From: a bacterium
Lineage (GTDB): Bacteria > Ratteibacteria > UBA8468 > B48-G9 > DTJG01
DNA length: 64,000 nucleotides
Direction of reading: 5' to 3'
Assembly: GCA_029552985.1 (NCBI GenBank)
Contig: JAKPDB010000011.1
Span: 2,833 to 66,832 of the forward strand
Shown here one piece after another: positions 59,611-64,000 of the stretch. Under the pieces are notes generated by a model, which saw nothing but the letters and a program-made list of their open reading frames with translations, searched no databases and had not been told where the DNA came from. Position numbers and translations under genes: made by a program. Numbering within the stretch: position 1 is the first letter of the stretch; every line of letters starts with the position of its first letter.

Positions 59611-60854
59611 TATCAGCCGGACTTTACAGATTTGTAAATGGCCAATTAATGATTGAAGACGTTTATGCCGAAGAGATATGCAAACAATTTGGAACACCTG
59701 TTTATGTTTACAGTGCAAATCACATAAAAAATCAAATTCGAAAATTGTATAATTCATTCAAAAAATCTCATCCGCTCATCTGCTATTCAATGAAGGCAAA
59801 TGGCAATACGAAAGTTCTGGAACTTATAAAAAAGCAGGGATGTGGACTTGACATTGTTTCGCAGGGGGAGCTATTTAAGGCAACAAAACTGGGTTTTTCG
59901 CCAAAAAAAATTGTATTTGCAGGCGTGGGAAAAACAGAACAGGAGATTGCTGCTGGCTTGAAATGCGGGATATATCTTTTTACTGTAGAAAGTGTAGAAG
60001 AATTAAAAACAATAGATAAAATTGCTAATAGACTTAAAAAATTGGCAAATGTCACCTTAAGAATTAATCTGGATGTAGATGTTGACACTCATCATTATAC
60101 AAAAACAGGAAGAATAGAAACAAAGTTTGGAATGCCGCAAGAGCAAGTGAGTTTTATCCTTGCCAGCAGGTACGATTTGAAACACGTAAGAATTAAGGGA
60201 TTGCAGTTCCATCTCGGGTCTAACATAAAAAATTCTGCTCCGTATCTGAGTGCATTGAAAAAATTGAAAAATTTCTTAAGACGAGTTGATTTTTGTCCTT
60301 CAGTTATAGATATTGGCGGAGGATTTGGTATTCCGTATAAAGATGAAGAGATAGAATCGGTACAACAGTTTGGCAGTAAAATTTCTGATTGCTTTGTTGA
60401 AAATTTTCCCGGTGTTTCAATGGTCATTGAACCAGGTCGGTTTATTGTAGGAAATGCAGGCGTTCTTCTGACAAAGGTCATATACAAGAAACAAACCAAT
60501 GTCAAAAACTTTTTAATAGTTGATGCAGGAATGAATGATTTGATAAGACCCGCTTTGTATAATAGTTATCACGAGATTTTACCTGTTTTGAAAAAAGATG
60601 GAAAATTCTTAAAATTTGATGTTGTGGGTCCTGTTTGTGAAACAGGAGATTTTCTAGGTAAAGAAAGAGTGTTTCCTGACACAATTGATTCAGGTGATTA
60701 TCTTGCCGTAATGGGTGCGGGTGCGTACGGCTTTTCAATGAGTTCAAACTATAATGGAAGATTGCGACCTGCTGAAGTGATGATTTGTGGCAAAACCGCA
60801 ATTCTGTGTCGTAAACGTGAAAAAATGTCTGATTTATGGAAATACGAGTGTTAA
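59589..60854 (+). CDS. lysA: Diaminopimelate decarboxylase
   Basis: FGTPVYVYS, PLP lysine in YSMKANGN, GGGFGIPY, CETGD. An alternative ATG at 59607 forms an ATGA overlap with the argH stop. Confidence 0.92.
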   Translation: MEKYLEMISAGLYRFVNGQLMIEDVYAEEICKQFGTPVYVYSANHIKNQIRKLYNSFKKSHPLICYSMKANGNTKVLELIKKQGCGLDIVSQGELFKATKLGFSPKKIVFAGVGKTEQEIAAGLKCGIYLFTVESVEELKTIDKIANRLKKLANVTLRINLDVDVDTHHYTKTGRIETKFGMPQEQVSFILASRYDLKHVRIKGLQFHLGSNIKNSAPYLSALKKLKNFLRRVDFCPSVIDIGGGFGIPYKDEEIESVQQFGSKISDCFVENFPGVSMVIEPGRFIVGNAGVLLTKVIYKKQTNVKNFLIVDAGMNDLIRPALYNSYHEILPVLKKDGKFLKFDVVGPVCETGDFLGKERVFPDTIDSGDYLAVMGAGAYGFSMSSNYNGRLRPAEVMICGKTAILCRKREKMSDLWKYEC

Positions 60855-60857
60855 TGA

Positions 60858-61211
60858 TTACTTTTTAATTTTCTCTTTCAATCTCTCCACGAGAGTTTGT
60901 TCATCAGGGATATTTTTTAAATTGATTTGGGCTTCTCTGAAGGCATCAATACACGCTCTTATTATGGAATTTTTAGTAATTCTTTCTTTCTTATAAGAAC
61001 GCTCCCTATTTTTCAAAATTTCTCTCTGGAGTTTATCAAGAAATTCAAGGTGCTGCTGTGAAAATGGAACCGTCAATCTGATATCAAATGTTTGAAATTT
61101 CGGAATGTGCTTTGGAATTGCTTCTGCACCATTATCTTTTTTTCTTTGTTTTTTTGGTACCGTTGATGTGATCCAGCTTAAAGGGTCTTTTCCCAGCCCG
61201 CTCTTTTTCAT
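60858..61211 (-). CDS. 117-aa ParA partner candidate: Spo0J-like N-terminal GLGK peptide, basic linker, ribbon-helix-helix-like C-terminus
   Basis: A strong AGGAGGT RBS lies 4 nt before the ATG. MKKSGLGKDPLSWI resembles ParB/Spo0J N-termini (MAKGLGKG..AL). FDIRLTVPFSQQHLEFLDKLQREI..ITKNSIIRACIDAFRE fits the strand-helix-helix RHH pattern. Immediately downstream of parA. Confidence 0.6.
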   Translation of the reverse strand: MKKSGLGKDPLSWITSTVPKKQRKKDNGAEAIPKHIPKFQTFDIRLTVPFSQQHLEFLDKLQREILKNRERSYKKERITKNSIIRACIDAFREAQINLKNIPDEQTLVERLKEKIKK

Positions 61212-61971
61212 ATGTACCTCCTATCAAAATTTCTTTCGCAAGCTTCTTATAATCCTCTGCGCCATAGGAATCAGGTGCAAACTCGAAGATTGTTTGGCCA
61301 AACCCTGGTGCTTCTGCCAGCTTAACATTTTCTCTTATTTTCGTTTTAAAAACCTTTTCACCAAAGTGTTCTTTGACCTTTTCCGCCACCTCTTTGCAAA
61401 TATTTTTTCTTTTGTCAAACATTGTAATCAAAACGCCAGAAATGTGTGTCGAGGGATTAATTCTTTCAGTTACCAGTTGCACGGTTTGGATGAGTTTTGT
61501 AAGTCCTTCAAGGGCAAAAAATTCTGCCTGTATTGGAATAATGATTTCTGAAGCAGTCGTTAGGGCGTTAAGAGTTAAAAGTCCCAAAGACGGAGGGCAA
61601 TCGATAAAAAGATAATCATAGTGACTTCTAGTTTTTTTCAGCGCCTCTCTTAAAACAATTTCCCTTCCTATGGTGTTGACCATTTCTATTTCAGCGCTAG
61701 CCAGGTCAATTTTTGCGGGCAACAAAAAAAGATTTTTCACGTGTGTTTCAAGAATAATTTCATCCGGGCTCACTTCATTGACAAGAACATCATAAATAGA
61801 TTTTTCAAGCTTGAATGGTTCAAGGCCAAGATGAATTGTCGTATGTGACTGTGGATCAAGATCAATTAAAAGAACCCTGAATCCTTTTTCCGCTACCGCA
61901 GCGCCGAGATTAACAACCGTTGTGGTTTTCCCTGAACCGCCTTTTTGATTTATGATGGCAATTTTTCTCAC
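61132..61971 (-). CDS. parA: ParA/Soj-family partition ATPase
   Basis: Deviant Walker A NQKGGSGKTTT, LIDLDPQ, IDCPPSLG. The likely start is GTG 61971 (MRKIAIINQKGG), 5 nt after AGGAGA; the ORF opens at TTG 62007. Confidence 0.88.
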   Translation of the reverse strand: MRKIAIINQKGGSGKTTTVVNLGAAVAEKGFRVLLIDLDPQSHTTIHLGLEPFKLEKSIYDVLVNEVSPDEIILETHVKNLFLLPAKIDLASAEIEMVNTIGREIVLREALKKTRSHYDYLFIDCPPSLGLLTLNALTTASEIIIPIQAEFFALEGLTKLIQTVQLVTERINPSTHISGVLITMFDKRKNICKEVAEKVKEHFGEKVFKTKIRENVKLAEAPGFGQTIFEFAPDSYGAEDYKKLAKEILIGGTYEKERAGKRPFKLDHINGTKKTKKKR

Positions 61972-62010
61972 ATTATCTCCTATGAAGTTCATAACTTTTG
62001 ATTTCAATAA

Positions 62011-62038
62011 AGTATAAAATTTAATGAATTTTTGTCAA
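62011..62038 (-). promoter_or_regulatory. Sigma70-type promoter for parA, with an inverted repeat over the -35
   Basis: The minus strand reads TTGACA (62038-62033), 16-nt spacer, TATACT (62016-62011). The plus strand shows TGTCA-agtcc-TGACA (62033-62047) overlapping the -35. Confidence 0.5.
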
Positions 62039-62104
62039 GTCCTGACATTTTATTTTTGAGCCAAAGTTGGTTTCTTCAAATGTAAACTTTTTGTACTTCT
62101 GAAA

Positions 62105-62133
62105 TTGCTTATCCTGAAAAGAGGATGTAAAAT
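62105..62133 (+). promoter_or_regulatory. Sigma70-type promoter for aroE (leaderless geometry)
   Basis: TTGCTT (62105-62110), 17-nt spacer, TAAAAT (62128-62133). The A of ATG 62140 is the 7th nt after the -10. Confidence 0.45.
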
Positions 62134-62139
62134 TTATAT

Positions 62140-63012
62140 ATGTTCATTACAGGGGAAACTATTATTACTGGTGTTTTTGGATATCCTGTACGGCATTCTC
62201 TTTCGCCAGTTTTTCAAAACGCGGCCTTCCAGTACATGAATTTGAACTGGGTATACATTCCGTTTGAAGTTTCTCCACACAATTTGAAAGATGCTGTCAA
62301 ATCAGTCAGAATTTTTTCATTTAAAGGCGTTAACATTACAATTCCTCACAAAAAGGAAGTGGTTGAGTATCTTGATGTTCTTGATGAAGAGGTGAAACTT
62401 CTCGGTGTTGCAAATACCATTGTTAATAAAAATGGTTGTTTAACTGGATATTCTACTGACGGCGAAGGATTTTTGCGTTCCTTGAAAGAAGATGGAAATT
62501 TTATTTGTGAAAAGAAGATAGTTTTTCTGTTTGGCGCGGGCGGTTCATCCTTTGCCATCACTGGTGCCCTTGTTAGGGCAGGAATATCAGAGCTAAAAAT
62601 CTGCAACCGCACAATTGAAAAGGCTGTAATTTTAAAGGAGCATATTCGAAAGTGTTTCAATTTTGAAAATGTTGAAATAGTGCCATTTGAAAAAAGAAAC
62701 GACTCAGGAATCTGGAAGAATATAGACCTTATTGTGAATACAACTTCTGTTGGAATGAAGGATGACGATGTGGTGCTAGTGGATGAAAAGAATTTGAAAG
62801 AGAATATGTTTGTCTATGACATTGTCTATAACAGGGAGACATCGTTAATTACCAGTGCAAAGAAGAAAAATGTTAAATGTCTTGATGGTCTGTCCATGCT
62901 TGTCTTTCAAGGCGCAGTTTCTTTTACCCTATGGACGGGTCTGGATGCACCGGTCAGTGTTATGAAAGAATCTTTGTCACTATATAGAAAGAGCTTAGAT
63001 GCAAGGAGATGA
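62140..63012 (+). CDS. aroE: Shikimate dehydrogenase
   Basis: VFGYPVRHSLSPVFQNAAF, NITIPHK, NADP motif GAGGSSFAI, and a DGLSMLVFQG tail. Confidence 0.92.
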   Translation: MFITGETIITGVFGYPVRHSLSPVFQNAAFQYMNLNWVYIPFEVSPHNLKDAVKSVRIFSFKGVNITIPHKKEVVEYLDVLDEEVKLLGVANTIVNKNGCLTGYSTDGEGFLRSLKEDGNFICEKKIVFLFGAGGSSFAITGALVRAGISELKICNRTIEKAVILKEHIRKCFNFENVEIVPFEKRNDSGIWKNIDLIVNTTSVGMKDDDVVLVDEKNLKENMFVYDIVYNRETSLITSAKKKNVKCLDGLSMLVFQGAVSFTLWTGLDAPVSVMKESLSLYRKSLDARR

Positions 63013-63518
63013 CATTGAAAATTGTACTTGCTGGATTCAATGGAACGTGGAGAAAAGAAGCAGGGCATATACTATCTATGAGGTTAGGTCGGGAATTTTT
63101 TGACATAGAGCAAATGATAGAAGAAAAAGAAAACGATAGAATTGCACATATCTCACAGATCAAAGGCGCTATTTACGTCAGAGACCTTGAAAGTTCAATC
63201 ATTAAAAGAATTTCAGTTTTTGAACACAGTGTGATCTCTGTGGGGCCTGATGTCATTGCTGATCAGAAAAATCGTTTATTCCTCAAATCTAATGGTATCA
63301 TAATTTGGTTTACGGCCGAACCTTCTGTGATTTTACTTCGGCTTCATCCAGGCAAGGAAGGTAAAGCCTTGTTGAAAAAACAGAATGCAATTTCTCACAT
63401 CCGCCAGATATTAAAAGAACATGATTATTCATGTTTTGCTGATAAAGTCCTTGATACTTCATTCCTTACCCCTGAAGAAACTGCAGATCAAGTGCAGCAG
63501 ATGTTAGCATCTTTTTAA
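63009..63518 (+). CDS. Shikimate-kinase-like protein with degenerate P-loop
   Basis: The length, the position between aroE and aroA, and the FFDIEQ, YVRDLE and IIWFTAEP blocks align with AroK. However, Walker A reads GFNGTWRKE (not GxxGxGKS/T) and the GGG shikimate loop reads SVGPD. Confidence 0.6.
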   Translation: MTLKIVLAGFNGTWRKEAGHILSMRLGREFFDIEQMIEEKENDRIAHISQIKGAIYVRDLESSIIKRISVFEHSVISVGPDVIADQKNRLFLKSNGIIIWFTAEPSVILLRLHPGKEGKALLKKQNAISHIRQILKEHDYSCFADKVLDTSFLTPEETADQVQQMLASF

Positions 63519-63560
63519 TGCTATCAGATGATTTAATGTATTTTGTAATCGAAATTCAGT

Positions 63561-63578
63561 TAAGAATCTCAATTCTTA
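63561..63578. terminator. Weak AT-rich hairpin between the convergent aroK-like and aroA genes
   Basis: TAAGAAT-ctca-ATTCTTA: a 7-bp stem with a 4-nt loop, abutting the aroA stop codon and flanked by T-rich sequence. Confidence 0.3.
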
Positions 63579-64000
63579 TTAGGCTCCTTCTAATTCTATA
63601 TTTGCTCCAAGATTTTTCATCATGGAGAAAAATTCAGGGAAAGTGATTGCCACACATTCTGCATCACTTACTACAGTTTCCCCTTCTGCAATAAGTCCTG
63701 CAAGGGTCAAAGCCATAACAACTCTGTGGTCCTTATGACCATTAACAGATGCTCCCTTAAGAATACTTTTCCTTATAATAAGTCCGTCTTCAATTTCCTG
63801 AATGTTTGCACCCATTTTCGATAGTTCCTGTGCCATAACCCTTATTCTATCTGTTTCTTTAATTCGTGCCTGTGGAACATTGTAAAGCTTTGTGGTTCCT
63901 TCAGCGACGCAACCGAGTACAGCAAATGCTGGCAGCGCATCAGGTGTGGAATTCAAGTCAATTTCTATTCCTTTCAGATCGGCTGTTTTTATCAAAATAC
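63579..64000 (-). CDS. aroA: 3-phosphoshikimate 1-carboxyvinyltransferase (EPSP synthase), C-terminal part; 5' end outside window
   Basis: LPAFAVLGCVAEGTT, RIKETDRI, VNGHKDHRVVMALTLAGL and the ITFPEFF tail are EPSP synthase C-terminal motifs. The frame stays open to the window edge. Confidence 0.9.
   Translation of the reverse strand, partial: ILIKTADLKGIEIDLNSTPDALPAFAVLGCVAEGTTKLYNVPQARIKETDRIRVMAQELSKMGANIQEIEDGLIIRKSILKGASVNGHKDHRVVMALTLAGLIAEGETVVSDAECVAITFPEFFSMMKNLGANIELEGA

Overview
AT-rich, very compact bacterial chromosome segment. Almost every gene abuts or overlaps its neighbour, and I saw no rRNA, tRNA, CRISPR array, transposase or integrase. All homology calls come from motif recognition by eye; no searches were run. 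Layout: (1) 1-8341, the spc/alpha ribosomal-protein operon (S14-S8-L6-L18-S5-L15-secY-adk-map-infA-L36-S13-S11-S4-rpoA-L17, no L30), followed by a stand-alone pilT and purD. (2) rpsO-pnp. (3) 13381-21702, a long minus-strand housekeeping operon (uppP-pyrK-pyrD-Wzy_C/TPR protein-PSP1-metG-pyrH-frr-cmk). (4) 21764-37546, the one clearly accessory region: a 16-gene co-directional glycosylation operon with five small GT2s resembling polyprenyl-phosphate-sugar synthases, four GT-C-type membrane transferases, two SAM methyltransferases, a CE4 deacetylase and four nucleotide-sugar enzymes (Ugd, UXS, two further SDRs). It has no flippase, polymerase, exporter or priming transferase. This is my best candidate for an undescribed system: multi-step glycan assembly or modification on the periplasmic face from lipid-linked monosaccharides. 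(5) 37543-48601: queA-tgt-yajC-larC-like, DUF503-valS-rplU-hflX-nrnA-truB-phosphohexomutase. (6) 48576-64000, mixed genes: LOG, NfeD, M24-like, ThuA-like, M55 peptidase, cimA, a secreted PLD/Nuc-like protein, a HisA-like barrel, topA, argH, lysA, a parA with a 117-aa RHH-like partner carrying a Spo0J-like N-terminal peptide, aroE, a shikimate-kinase-like protein with a degenerate P-loop, and partial aroA. Other points of note: rpsE appears to need a non-canonical start codon, several first genes have near-leaderless promoter geometry, and several convergent gene ends overlap.
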